Shown: positions 20,334 through 30,020 of the stretch, piece after piece | Position numbering within the stretch: position 1 is the stretch's first letter | How the letters are laid out: the number at the start of each line of letters is the position of its first letter | NCBI GenBank assembly: GCA_963932905.1 | Contig: CAWVRN010000001.1 | Location: 160,001-224,000, forward strand | Direction: 5' to 3' | Source of the DNA: an uncultured Bdellovibrio sp. | Lineage (GTDB): Bacteria > Bdellovibrionota > Bdellovibrionia > Bdellovibrionales > Bdellovibrionaceae | Length of the DNA: 64,000 nucleotides | Program-made: the position numbers and the translations under genes | The notes under the pieces: generated by a model | What the model was told of the DNA's origin: nothing | The model's input: the letters and a program-made list of their open reading frames with translations, nothing else | Databases searched by the model: none

Positions 20334-22221
20334 GAGAATTCTCCTTCAGAAGTTTGCGTCCTTTGATATGAATGATCATAGCTTGAATCGCTGAAGGATT
20401 AACACCACTAATGCGTTGAGCTTGGCCCAAGGTTAAGGGTTTTACGCGAGATAATTTTTCGCTCTCTTCATTTGAGAGACCCTTTACATCATAATAAACC
20501 AAATCTGAAGGAATCTTGAATTCTTCTAAGGATTTTGCCTGCTGAATGAGTTCATTTTGTCTGTGAATATAGCCAGAATACTTAACCTCAATTTCAACAG
20601 CATCTAATACATTCGGATCTTCTTTTACATCACCTAAAAAACTCAGAACATTTTCCGTGGTGATTTCAGGCCGACGAAGAAGCTCTTCCAAAGTCGTCGA
20701 CTTTAACAAAGCCGCCGTTTTTAGTTCCGCCATTTTTGCTTGAACGTCCGCGGTCGGCGTAATTCGAGTCTCTTTTAGGCGCGACAAAAGGCTAGCTCGC
20801 CGAGCTTTTACACTTAAAAGTTCCTCGACTCTGGCCTCGGACAATAAACCAATGGCCATCGAAGCACCAGCTAACCTATCGATAGTATTATCTTCTCGCA
20901 AAACAAGTCGGTGCTCCGCACGAGACGTGAACATTCGATAGGGCTCACGAGTTCCTTTTGTTACAAGATCATCAACCAGCACGCCCATGTACGCAAGATC
21001 ACGTCCTAAAATAAATGGTTCTAAATTTCGAAGATATTTATCGGCATTCACGCCGGCTAAAAACCCTTGAGCCGCCGCTTCTTCATATCCTGATGTTCCA
21101 TTAATCTGACCGGCCATAAATAAATTTGAAACCGCACGACTTGCGAGTGATTTTTCAATTTGAGTTGGCTCAAAATAATCATATTCAACGGCGTATCCAT
21201 AGCGGACGACTTTTACGTTTTCTAAACCAGGAATTGTTCTTAAGAATTGGTCTTGAACATCTTCCGGAAGCGACGTTGAAATACCCTGAAGATAAATCAA
21301 ATCACTTTCTAAGCTTTCAGGCTCTAAAAATGTTTGATGAGAATCGCGATCCGCAAAGCGATGAATTTTATCTTCGATACTTGGGCAGTATCGCGGACCA
21401 ACGCCTTCGATGACTCCGCAAAACATTGGCGACTTATCTAAATTTTTGCGAATTATGTCGTGAGTTTCTTCAGATGTGCGAGATAAATAACACGCAATTT
21501 GAGGTAGCTGAGGAAATTCACGAGTGCTGAAGCTAAATGGATAAAAATTAGAATCACCAAACTGCTCTTGAGTTTTAGACCAATCGATAGAATCCTTGTG
21601 CAAACGTGCTGGAGTTCCTGTTTTCAAACGTTGAACATTTAAGCCAAATGATTTTAATTGATCCGACAAACCAACAGAGGCTTTGTCACCAATGCGCCCG
21701 CCTTCGATCTGCTTCAAACCGAAATGCATAACGCCATTCATGAATGTACCCGTAGTTAAAATGACTACTTTACTAAAAATTTGGGATGAGTCGGGAAGAA
21801 TGACTCCATGACAGTGGCTACCCTCAAGGACAAGTGCTTTCACTTCTGATTCTAAAATAGAAAGATTCGGTTGAGTCGCACAAATTTCTTTCATGCGACG
21901 AGAATATTTAATTTTATCTGATTGAACGCGCGTTCCGCGAACCGCTGGTCCACGAGACGCATTTAATCTTTTAAATTGAATGCACGTTTCATCTGCGACT
22001 TGTCCCATTTGTCCGCCAAGAACATCTATCTCGCGAACCATGTGACCTTTTGCCAATCCACCAATACTTGGATTGCAGCTCATATACCCAATGCGATCTT
22101 TGTTCGACGTTACGAGCAAAGTCTTGTGTCCTAAGCGAGCCGTGGCTAAGCACGCTTCGATCCCCGCATGACCGCCGCCGACAACAATTACATCAAAATC
22201 AAAACTATTAGGTATTTTCAC
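20308..22221 (-). CDS. mnmG: tRNA uridine-5-carboxymethylaminomethyl modification enzyme GidA
   Basis: GGGHAG FAD motif, MSCNPSIGG, GPRYCPSIEDK, GQINGTSGYEEAAAQG; GTG start. Confidence 0.99.
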   Translation of the reverse strand: MKIPNSFDFDVIVVGGGHAGIEACLATARLGHKTLLVTSNKDRIGYMSCNPSIGGLAKGHMVREIDVLGGQMGQVADETCIQFKRLNASRGPAVRGTRVQSDKIKYSRRMKEICATQPNLSILESEVKALVLEGSHCHGVILPDSSQIFSKVVILTTGTFMNGVMHFGLKQIEGGRIGDKASVGLSDQLKSFGLNVQRLKTGTPARLHKDSIDWSKTQEQFGDSNFYPFSFSTREFPQLPQIACYLSRTSEETHDIIRKNLDKSPMFCGVIEGVGPRYCPSIEDKIHRFADRDSHQTFLEPESLESDLIYLQGISTSLPEDVQDQFLRTIPGLENVKVVRYGYAVEYDYFEPTQIEKSLASRAVSNLFMAGQINGTSGYEEAAAQGFLAGVNADKYLRNLEPFILGRDLAYMGVLVDDLVTKGTREPYRMFTSRAEHRLVLREDNTIDRLAGASMAIGLLSEARVEELLSVKARRASLLSRLKETRITPTADVQAKMAELKTAALLKSTTLEELLRRPEITTENVLSFLGDVKEDPNVLDAVEIEVKYSGYIHRQNELIQQAKSLEEFKIPSDLVYYDVKGLSNEESEKLSRVKPLTLGQAQRISGVNPSAIQAMIIHIKGRKLLKENSLERQHQQR

Positions 22222-22511
22222 TGGTTAGCTATTTAATCCTTAATAGGGGAAAAATCCATCCCTAGTTCAAAACAGCCATTTTTTACAAAAATTTCCTTAG
22301 AAAAGGAAAAACATAGCGAGGCTCAAAGCGACTACAGAGTAGTGAATACAAATCTGAACACTGAGAACCTTCTAAAATCGAACTGATCACAAAGAACGTA
22401 AACTTAAATGCTCACCATAGAATTAAAAGACAACAGAAGCCAAAGCTACTGATCTATATGACAAAACGGTTGATCAAATCTGAAAAGCTAGCGAGTTTTG
22501 ACTACTCAAAG

Positions 22512-23945
22512 CTATTTTCCTAAGCAGAATTCCTTAAATACCTTATCCAGGATCTGGTCATCATAGACTTCGCCAACCGTACGTTGAAGAGCCATCAAAG
22601 AATCCTTCAAATCAAAAGCAATAAATTCAGATCCAAGCTGACTTTTTAGTCCCGTGATCACTTTCAATAAAAGATCATAGGCCTGACGTAGTTCTTCTCT
22701 TTGTCGAGCACTCGAAACCGACACCGATTCTATATGAGCAAACTTAGCTATCCAATAGTCATAGACTCGGCCGAGCACGTTTTGCTTAGTTTTTGAGCTC
22801 TTACAGCTCGTAAAAAGTATCGAATTATCATCAAAAATGTAGGGTTTTTCGTCGATAATTGACCCTAAAATGGCCTTTAATTCTGCCTGTTTAGCGGGCA
22901 ACTGTTCATTTTCCAAAAGGTCGACCTTATTAAGAATAAATAAAGTGCGCTCTAAATTTAAGTCTTTAAAAATCAGCTCATGCTGATCCTTCAAAGGTTT
23001 CGTAGCATCAAGGATAACTAAATTAATAAAACTACCTTGGCGCTCTTTAATTGATCGCTCGACCCCAATTTTCTCTATCGGATCGCTCGAATTCACTCGA
23101 ATTCCAGCAGTATCTACCAACGTGAACTTCAAATTTTTAAATAGAAGGTCTTCGCGAATTACGTCTCGGGTTGTTCCTGCAATATCAGACACAATTGAGC
23201 GATCGTTTCCTAATAAAACATTCATCAAACTTGATTTCCCAACATTTGGCTCACCACTGAGGACCAAAACAATCCCATCTTTTAAAACGCGTCCGGTTTC
23301 GTAGGTATCAAGTAAGTCTTTGAAATGATTTTGAACGTTTTCAAGTTTGTTAATTAAAACTGTGTCTTCAACAACCGAGATTCCTTGCTCAGAAAAATCT
23401 ATTCCCGCTTCGATATGCGCTAAACACCAAACAATATCATCTTTGATGCTAGTTAGTTTTGTTGAAAGCTCACCTTTTAATTGGCGAAGTGCTAGTTCTG
23501 AACCCAATTCCGAGTGTGAATGAATCAAAGAAAGAACGCTTTCTGCTTGAATCAAATCCAGCCGATCATTCATGAACGCACGGTAAGTAAATTCACCATT
23601 AATCGCAAGTTCACAACCATTTCGGCATAGCTCATTTAAAATAGCGGTGCAAATAACCGGCGATCCGTGACAAGAGATCTCGACCACACGCTCACCGGTA
23701 AAAGATTTCCCGGCTTCAAATGGTAGAACTAAAACCTCATCAATAGATTTTTCTGTCTGAGTGTTTAAAAACTCATCCAAAAACGCTTTGTGAGATTCAA
23801 ATTTTCGATTTTTTTTCTTAAGAGATTTCTGGGTGATTTCAAAAGCGTTTGGGCCACTGACACGGATCACAGAAATACCGCCGTAGCCCATAGGTGTAGA
23901 GACAGAGCAAATAGTTAAATGATCTCTGCCTTCACCAAAATTCAT
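22512..23945 (-). CDS. mnmE: tRNA modification GTPase MnmE/TrmE
   Basis: SFTGE, GEPNVGKSSL, GTTRD, DTAG, NKVD, C-terminal FCLGK. Confidence 0.98.
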   Translation of the reverse strand: MNFGEGRDHLTICSVSTPMGYGGISVIRVSGPNAFEITQKSLKKKNRKFESHKAFLDEFLNTQTEKSIDEVLVLPFEAGKSFTGERVVEISCHGSPVICTAILNELCRNGCELAINGEFTYRAFMNDRLDLIQAESVLSLIHSHSELGSELALRQLKGELSTKLTSIKDDIVWCLAHIEAGIDFSEQGISVVEDTVLINKLENVQNHFKDLLDTYETGRVLKDGIVLVLSGEPNVGKSSLMNVLLGNDRSIVSDIAGTTRDVIREDLLFKNLKFTLVDTAGIRVNSSDPIEKIGVERSIKERQGSFINLVILDATKPLKDQHELIFKDLNLERTLFILNKVDLLENEQLPAKQAELKAILGSIIDEKPYIFDDNSILFTSCKSSKTKQNVLGRVYDYWIAKFAHIESVSVSSARQREELRQAYDLLLKVITGLKSQLGSEFIAFDLKDSLMALQRTVGEVYDDQILDKVFKEFCLGK

Positions 23946-23948
23946 ATA

Positions 23949-24506
23949 CTAATCTTGTGCACTAACGTTTTCAGCGTCAGGAGCGTTTTCATTTTTTGAT
24001 GGATAAATTTTAATTTTCTTGTAAAGGCCTTCACCTAGAGAACGACTTTTTACGCGTGTGTCTTTCGAAAGATATTGGTGCACCACTTTTCTCTCTTTCG
24101 GAGGAAGAGCGCGGTAATAAACAGCCTTGTTTTGAGTGATAGCAATTTCTTTCAAGTTATCAGCGCGCTCGATTAGTGCCGCTTCCGATTCTTCACGATA
24201 ACCGCCGCAATCTACTAATACATTTGAACGGTCTTCAGGAAAATGATGCTGAACAACTCGCTTAAGTAACAATTGAAAAGAATCTAGTAGCTGACCTTTT
24301 CTGTCTTTGAATAGTTCTTCATCGGGGCCAGACAATTGAATATCAAAACTGTAGCTATCGCCATCTTGTTTTTCTGTTTTGATTTCATATTCTAGTTCAA
24401 ACCCACCGTTGGCTAACAAACCTTCAAGTGTTTGTCTTAATAAATCCTCAACTGGGCTGTCAGACGATTTCTTACCCGTTCCAAATAGTTTTTTGAAAAA
24501 ATTCAT
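23949..24506 (-). CDS. jag: Jag/KhpB/EloR-family RNA-binding protein (KH + R3H, no Jag_N domain)
   Basis: Position after yidC; VD..GYRE, ERKVVH (R3H), SRSLGEG. Confidence 0.88.
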   Translation of the reverse strand: MNFFKKLFGTGKKSSDSPVEDLLRQTLEGLLANGGFELEYEIKTEKQDGDSYSFDIQLSGPDEELFKDRKGQLLDSFQLLLKRVVQHHFPEDRSNVLVDCGGYREESEAALIERADNLKEIAITQNKAVYYRALPPKERKVVHQYLSKDTRVKSRSLGEGLYKKIKIYPSKNENAPDAENVSAQD

Positions 24507-24527
24507 TTTTCCTCCTGAGTAATAGGC

Positions 24528-26132
24528 TTATGCTGCTTTATTAGTTTTCATCATTGCATACTGTTGGATCACGCCGAACAAGGCGCTCACGAACATGTAT
24601 AGAGTTAATCCGCTTGGTAAATTGATCATGAACACAGTAAATACTAATGGCATGTACATTAAAATTTTCGCCTGCATTGGATCCATCTGTGTCGGCGTTA
24701 ATTTCTGCTGAACGAACATTGTGATACCCATCAAGATAGGTAAAACAAAGAATTTATCATGAGCACTTAAATCTTGAATCCACAACATAAATGGGCTGCC
24801 ATACAATTCAATGCTAGAGCCAATTACGCGGTATAGAGCAAAGAAGATTGGGATCTGAAGCAACATAGGAAGACATCCACCAAATGGATTAGCTTTGTTT
24901 TCCTTCATCAAATTCATCACTTCTTGATTCATACGAACAGGATCGTCTTTGTATTTTTCACGAACCGCGGTCATTAACGGCTGGATTTTTTGCATCGCTT
25001 TCATTGATTTATAAGACATCAAATTGAAAGGTAACACGAACAAACGAACCATTAGCGTTAACAAAATAATAGCGATACCCCAATTAGGAATCTGCAAGAA
25101 GAACCATTTCATCGTGAACAACAATGGTTTTGCGATGAACGTCATCCAACCAAAATTAATAATTTGTGCTAATTCAGGATGTACTTCGTTAAGGATATCA
25201 ATTGATTTGGGACCAGCAAAATAAGTTTGGGTTAATGTCACATCCTTAATACCGTCATTCACTTTATAAACCAATTCAGCTGCTGCCGTTTTTTTATCAA
25301 ATGAACTTGCCATTTTTGCTTCAGGAATTGTGTCAGACTGATCCACTATCGCGGCTGCAAAGTACTGACTTCCAATCGCTAACAAGTTTACGCCCTTAGC
25401 TTCGCCAGTGGTGTCTTGCTTAGCTGAAGAGAAATTTAAAGTGGTGTGAGTGTTTTCGTGAGCCACATAGAAATCTTGATGTTCATAAGAAGGAAACAAC
25501 CAAGAGGTGCTATGATTATCCATTGTTTTTTCAGGAATGAAAAACTTAACTGACGGCGCGTTTTTGTCATTCAAAGAAACAAGTTTTGTAGACGATTTGA
25601 ATGAGTTATTTTTTTCAATAAATTCAAGGCTTCTTTCAATTTTTACCGAGGCATCTGAATAGGTGCCTCTATATTTGCCCTTTTCGACTTCTTGAACATC
25701 AAAATAAACATCTGATCCATCCGCCAACTTTAGTTCGAATAATCCCAATGTGTCCGACACACCAATCTTGATTGTTTGACCGGCTTTATCTTTATAGTTT
25801 TTAATTTCGACGTTTTTTACACCTAAGCCGCGAGACGAAACATTGAAGGAAATATTTTGTCCATCAAAGGTGAATACTTTCTCTTCCGTTTTAGCGACTG
25901 ATTTAGCATCCGCCGACGGTGCACTAGCTTCAACTGTAGTCGATTGCGCGGGCTTATCTGCCGTAGGTGTCGCCGACGTTGTCGGAACCGCTTCTTGAGC
26001 GGCTTCTGGCTTTTTACCGTAGCCTGGGTATTTCTTTTGAAGGTACTGATTCCATCCAAAATAAAAAAGTGCAAACACTAACATGGCTACAATGAAACGA
26101 CCGTTAAATGGACTATTATTTTGATCTTGCAC
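24528..26132 (-). CDS. yidC: Membrane protein insertase YidC
   Basis: Periplasmic domain, NWGIAIILLT, GCLPMLLQIPIFFALY, WIQDLS; GTG start. Confidence 0.98.
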   Translation of the reverse strand: MQDQNNSPFNGRFIVAMLVFALFYFGWNQYLQKKYPGYGKKPEAAQEAVPTTSATPTADKPAQSTTVEASAPSADAKSVAKTEEKVFTFDGQNISFNVSSRGLGVKNVEIKNYKDKAGQTIKIGVSDTLGLFELKLADGSDVYFDVQEVEKGKYRGTYSDASVKIERSLEFIEKNNSFKSSTKLVSLNDKNAPSVKFFIPEKTMDNHSTSWLFPSYEHQDFYVAHENTHTTLNFSSAKQDTTGEAKGVNLLAIGSQYFAAAIVDQSDTIPEAKMASSFDKKTAAAELVYKVNDGIKDVTLTQTYFAGPKSIDILNEVHPELAQIINFGWMTFIAKPLLFTMKWFFLQIPNWGIAIILLTLMVRLFVLPFNLMSYKSMKAMQKIQPLMTAVREKYKDDPVRMNQEVMNLMKENKANPFGGCLPMLLQIPIFFALYRVIGSSIELYGSPFMLWIQDLSAHDKFFVLPILMGITMFVQQKLTPTQMDPMQAKILMYMPLVFTVFMINLPSGLTLYMFVSALFGVIQQYAMMKTNKAA

Positions 26133-26428
26133 TAAGATCTCCTTTCGGGAACAGGGTCATAACCGCCTTGAGAAAAAGGCCGACATTTACATAACCTAAT
26201 TGATACAAGCTTGATAGCGAAAAATGGATTGTGAACATGGAAACACTCCACCGCATATTCAGAGCACGAAGGATGAAACTTGCAGTTTCCACCCATAAAT
26301 TGAGTTCCTAGTGTACGGTAAGCACCGATCAATAATAGACCTAAAAATTTTAAACTATTTTGAAGTAAAAAAAGTGCTTTATTTGACACTTTTAGGGGCG
26401 TGTTTCTTACTAATGAATTTAATCCCAT
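26132..26428 (-). CDS. yidD: Membrane protein insertion efficiency factor YidD
   Basis: CKFHPSCSEY, CRPFSQGGYDPVP; start uncertain. Confidence 0.93.
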   Translation of the reverse strand: MGLNSLVRNTPLKVSNKALFLLQNSLKFLGLLLIGAYRTLGTQFMGGNCKFHPSCSEYAVECFHVHNPFFAIKLVSIRLCKCRPFSQGGYDPVPERRS

Positions 26429-26765
26429 TATTTAATACTTTTTTGAAACTCAAAAAACTCATCTTTTTATAGAAATCATCGCTCATCGGCTTGATGAACA
26501 CGGAAAACCTAACAATCAGCTCTGGATGTTCTTTTAAAAACTCCCCAAGTTCTTGTCGCAACCACCGTTTAATGCGATTTCTAACGGCGGCGTTTCCTAC
26601 TTTTCGACTTAATATAAATCCGATTTGGGATTTTGGGGAACTTGGATCATAATCTCCGTCCATGCTAACTAGCATCCACGAAGCAGCCCAAAATTTTATT
26701 CCCCGCTCTTTAAGATATAAAAAATCAGAGTTTTTATTGATTGAACTAAATGGCTTACTTACCAC
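26379..26765 (-). CDS. rnpA: Ribonuclease P protein component
   Basis: [15 protein letters not shown] (RNR motif); position after rpmH. Confidence 0.93.
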   Translation of the reverse strand: MVSKPFSSINKNSDFLYLKERGIKFWAASWMLVSMDGDYDPSSPKSQIGFILSRKVGNAAVRNRIKRWLRQELGEFLKEHPELIVRFSVFIKPMSDDFYKKMSFLSFKKVLNNGIKFISKKHAPKSVK

Positions 26766-26904
26766 TAATCTCTACAGAAAGCTTCTTACGTCCTTTAGCA
26801 CGTCTACGGCTAAGAACTTTTTGTCCATCTTTAGTTTTCATACGAGTTCTGAAACCATGTGTTTTTTTACGGCGTTTTTTTGACGGTTGATACGTTCTTT
26901 TCAT
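26755..26904 (-). CDS. rpmH: 50S ribosomal protein L34
   Basis: Below the ORF-track cutoff; hand translation [58 protein letters not shown]. Confidence 0.98.
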   Translation of the reverse strand: MKRTYQPSKKRRKKTHGFRTRMKTKDGQKVLSRRRAKGRKKLSVEISGK

Positions 26905-27228
26905 TGTAATCTCCTTAAGTGGCAGAACTAAAAATTAGATTCATCTTTATGTACTTAATAAACTAATTTTACAAGCAGAAATTTGATCCAGCGGTCGTAA
27001 CTGCTGAAACATTCCTTGGTTTTGCGGGTTGTTCCCGGGAATCTTTAAAATACTTAGTATGATCAAATCAAGCACCCACTACCCATTGTAAAAATTTTAT
27101 AAGATACCACTAGATACGTGGTCCCTAAAAATTCACAATGCAGCATATAGGACTAGTGTTGAAAAGCCCATAGTCCCTTGCTAATCCTTGTCCTCTTATC
27201 TTTTTTTAGAACGTTCAGAGGGGTTATA

Positions 27229-28644
27229 ATGCTTATCGATTCGCATTTTTGGGATCAAGTTAAGTTCAACATGAAAGGTAGGAATCTAAACAACAAGTTA
27301 CTAGATACTTGGTTAGATCCTATCGAATATTTAAGTACAGCAGGCAGTGAAGTTAGACCAAAAATCGTTTTAGGGGTTCCGAACGCTTTTCATCAATATT
27401 TCGTCATTGAAAACCTGCAAGACAAAATTTACTCAGAGATTTCAGATCTTTACAATTCTCAGTTTGAGGTTGAATTTGTCGTAACTGGCAATAAAACGCC
27501 AGTTCCGCCGGAAAGCCCTCAGGCATTGGAAGAAGCTATTTTTAACCCATCGCAACCGATGAACCAAGCAGTTAGAAATGCAGCTATTTTCAATAAGGAT
27601 AAACCTTTCAATTCAGACCCTTTGAATGTGGAACTTACATTTTCTACGTTTGTAGTAGGGAAAAATTCTGAATTTGCGCACGCAGCGACTTATAACGTGG
27701 CTAAGAATCCTGGCGGCGATGATTATAATCCTCTCTATATATATGGACCGGTGGGAATGGGTAAAACTCATCTTTTGCACGCCGCTGGAAACTATATTCG
27801 CGAGAGTTACCCACAATTAAGAATTATCTATATTTCTGCCGAACACTTTATGAACGAATGTATTTCTTCAATTCGTCATCATAAAATGGATAAATTTCGC
27901 CAAAAATACCGCGAAAACGCAGATATTTTATTAGTCGATGATGTTCAGTTTATCGGTAAAGGTGAAGCCGTACAGGAAGAGTTTTTCCATACCATCAACA
28001 CCTTTATTGAGCGTAAAAAACAGGTGATTTTAGCATCCGATCGCATGCCTAAAGATATTATCGATTTAGAAGACCGTAATAGAACCCGTCTTGAGCGTGG
28101 TTTAATCGCGGATATTACAATGCCAGATTTAGAAACTAGAATTGCAATTTTAAGGTATAAAGCTGAAAAATTTGCGGTTCGTTTATCTGATGAAGTGGCG
28201 ACCTACATTGCGCGTATTTCAAAACGTTCAATCAGAGAGCTTGAAGGTAATTTAAAGAAAGTAAAAATGTTCTCTGAATTACAAGGCCTGCAAATTGACT
28301 ACGATCTGGTTAAACGCATTCTCTCTAGTCACGAGACACAAAGTACTATCGGGGCTGAAGAGATCCTTAAACGCGTCGCTGATCATTATAAAGTCAAAAT
28401 TCAGGATCTAAAGTCGACGACGCGAGCTAAACAGATCGTTGTTCCGCGACAAATTGCGATGTATTTGATCAAGAAATTTTTAGATAAGTCGTTGGTAGAT
28501 ATCGGTAAAACGTTCGGCGGTCGTGATCACACGACTGTGATGAACGCACTCGAGAGAGTCAAGTTTCTACAATCGAAAGATCAGGATATCTTTAAAGATA
28601 TCGAAGAGTTAGAGAGTAGAATCCACAATATCACAGGGGTGTGA
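27229..28644 (+). CDS. dnaA: Chromosomal replication initiator DnaA
   Basis: NPLYIYGPVGMGKTHLL, DDVQF, RELEG, GGRDHTTV; start set at ATG 27229 after GAGGGG. Confidence 0.99.
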   Translation: MLIDSHFWDQVKFNMKGRNLNNKLLDTWLDPIEYLSTAGSEVRPKIVLGVPNAFHQYFVIENLQDKIYSEISDLYNSQFEVEFVVTGNKTPVPPESPQALEEAIFNPSQPMNQAVRNAAIFNKDKPFNSDPLNVELTFSTFVVGKNSEFAHAATYNVAKNPGGDDYNPLYIYGPVGMGKTHLLHAAGNYIRESYPQLRIIYISAEHFMNECISSIRHHKMDKFRQKYRENADILLVDDVQFIGKGEAVQEEFFHTINTFIERKKQVILASDRMPKDIIDLEDRNRTRLERGLIADITMPDLETRIAILRYKAEKFAVRLSDEVATYIARISKRSIRELEGNLKKVKMFSELQGLQIDYDLVKRILSSHETQSTIGAEEILKRVADHYKVKIQDLKSTTRAKQIVVPRQIAMYLIKKFLDKSLVDIGKTFGGRDHTTVMNALERVKFLQSKDQDIFKDIEELESRIHNITGV

Positions 28645-28855
28645 ATTGGGATTGTGTAAAAACGTGTGGATAAATCTACCGGCAACTTTGGGGATTTAAA
28701 AAACGCGGTTTTATACAGGGTTTCGGGTTTTTTTGTTAATGACTTTATCCACTAGGATACGTTAATAAAATCAACAGCTTAATAAGCTAAGTGCGAAATC
28801 CACAGCCCTACTACTACTACTAGTTATTTATATATATAGTATTAATATTTAATAT
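28619..28855. other. oriC: Replication origin oriC (dnaA-dnaN intergenic)
   Basis: DnaA boxes TGTGTAAAA (28653), TGTGGATAA (28665), TTATCCACT (28745), AAATCCACA (28796) and GAATCCACA (28619); then GCC, (CTA)x5 at 28808-28822 and a 32-nt tract with a single G (28824-28855). The flanking gene blocks point away from this region. Confidence 0.93.
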
Positions 28856-28867
28856 GGACGAGGAAAT

Positions 28868-29974
28868 ATGAAAATTGAGATCGAGAAAAAAGACTTACTT
28901 GCCTTGATCGGTAAAACACTAAACATCGTTGATAAAAAAAATACCATGGCCGTTTTGGTAAACGTTTTACTCGATGCAGATCAGGACCGCGTAAAAGTAT
29001 TTGCCACTGACCTGGAAGTAAGTTTGACTGACGAAGTCTTCGCGAAAGTTTTAGAATCTGGCAAAGTGGTGGTAAGCACAAAAAGCCTTTTTGAAATTTG
29101 CCGAAAACTGGATGAAGGAAAAATCCAACTCGTTAAAAAAGAAAATAACTGGCTAGAAATAAAACAAGGAAAATTTTCTTCTCGAATCGTTGGTGTTAGT
29201 CACGAAGATTACCCAATTTTTCCAACGTACAATCCACAGCAATTTATCAAAATCAGTTCGCACCTGCTTCGCGAAATGATCGATAAAACAATTTACTCGG
29301 TATCGAATGACGAGACTCGCTACCATCTGAACGGTGTATATTTCGAAGTTTCACAAACTGGAAATTGCCGTATGGTTGCTACCGACGGACACAGAATGAG
29401 CTTGGTGAATAAACAACTAGAAATCGGCAAAGGCATTACTCCAGCCGGAGTTATCATTCCGAGAAAAGGTTTGTACGAGATTAAAAAAATCATCGAAGCA
29501 AATCCTGGTGAAGTGGAAATTGCTATCGAAGGATCACAATTTTACTTACGCAATGGAACGACTACGCTGATGATTCGTTTGATCGAAGGCAAGTATCCGA
29601 ATTATCAACAGTTTATTCCACAGAACTTGACTCAAAAAATTAAATTAAACAAAAATGATTTCTTAACTTCGCTAGAGCGTGTGGCACTTTTAGCGAATCA
29701 AAAATCAAAAGCAGTTTTGTTAAATCTAGTAAAAAATAAAATGGAAATTTCTTCTAATAATCCTGAACTGGGTGAAGCGAAAGAGGAAATGGAAGTTGAT
29801 TTCTCTGGTAACGATTTAAAAATTGGTTTCAATGCTCGTTACATCCTGGATGTACTGGCATCGATGGATCAACCTACCGTGCAACTTGAAGTGAATGATC
29901 ATTTGTCTCCGGGAGTGATTCGTCCTCTAGAAGATTTATCATACACGTGCGTTGTTATGCCGATGAGAATCTAG
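28868..29974 (+). CDS. dnaN: DNA polymerase III beta sliding clamp
   Basis: ATDLE, ETRYHLNG, VATDGHR, GKYPNY, C-terminal VVMPMRI. Confidence 0.99.
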   Translation: MKIEIEKKDLLALIGKTLNIVDKKNTMAVLVNVLLDADQDRVKVFATDLEVSLTDEVFAKVLESGKVVVSTKSLFEICRKLDEGKIQLVKKENNWLEIKQGKFSSRIVGVSHEDYPIFPTYNPQQFIKISSHLLREMIDKTIYSVSNDETRYHLNGVYFEVSQTGNCRMVATDGHRMSLVNKQLEIGKGITPAGVIIPRKGLYEIKKIIEANPGEVEIAIEGSQFYLRNGTTTLMIRLIEGKYPNYQQFIPQNLTQKIKLNKNDFLTSLERVALLANQKSKAVLLNLVKNKMEISSNNPELGEAKEEMEVDFSGNDLKIGFNARYILDVLASMDQPTVQLEVNDHLSPGVIRPLEDLSYTCVVMPMRI

Positions 29975-30020
29975 CCCTAGAAAAAACGCCGACAAAAAAT
30001 AATTTTTCAAAGGTGCTAGT

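Noticed and set aside
28808..28838. (CTA)5 and (TA)n as a microsatellite or phase-variation tract
   Set aside because: Better explained as DnaA-trios and the DUE of oriC.
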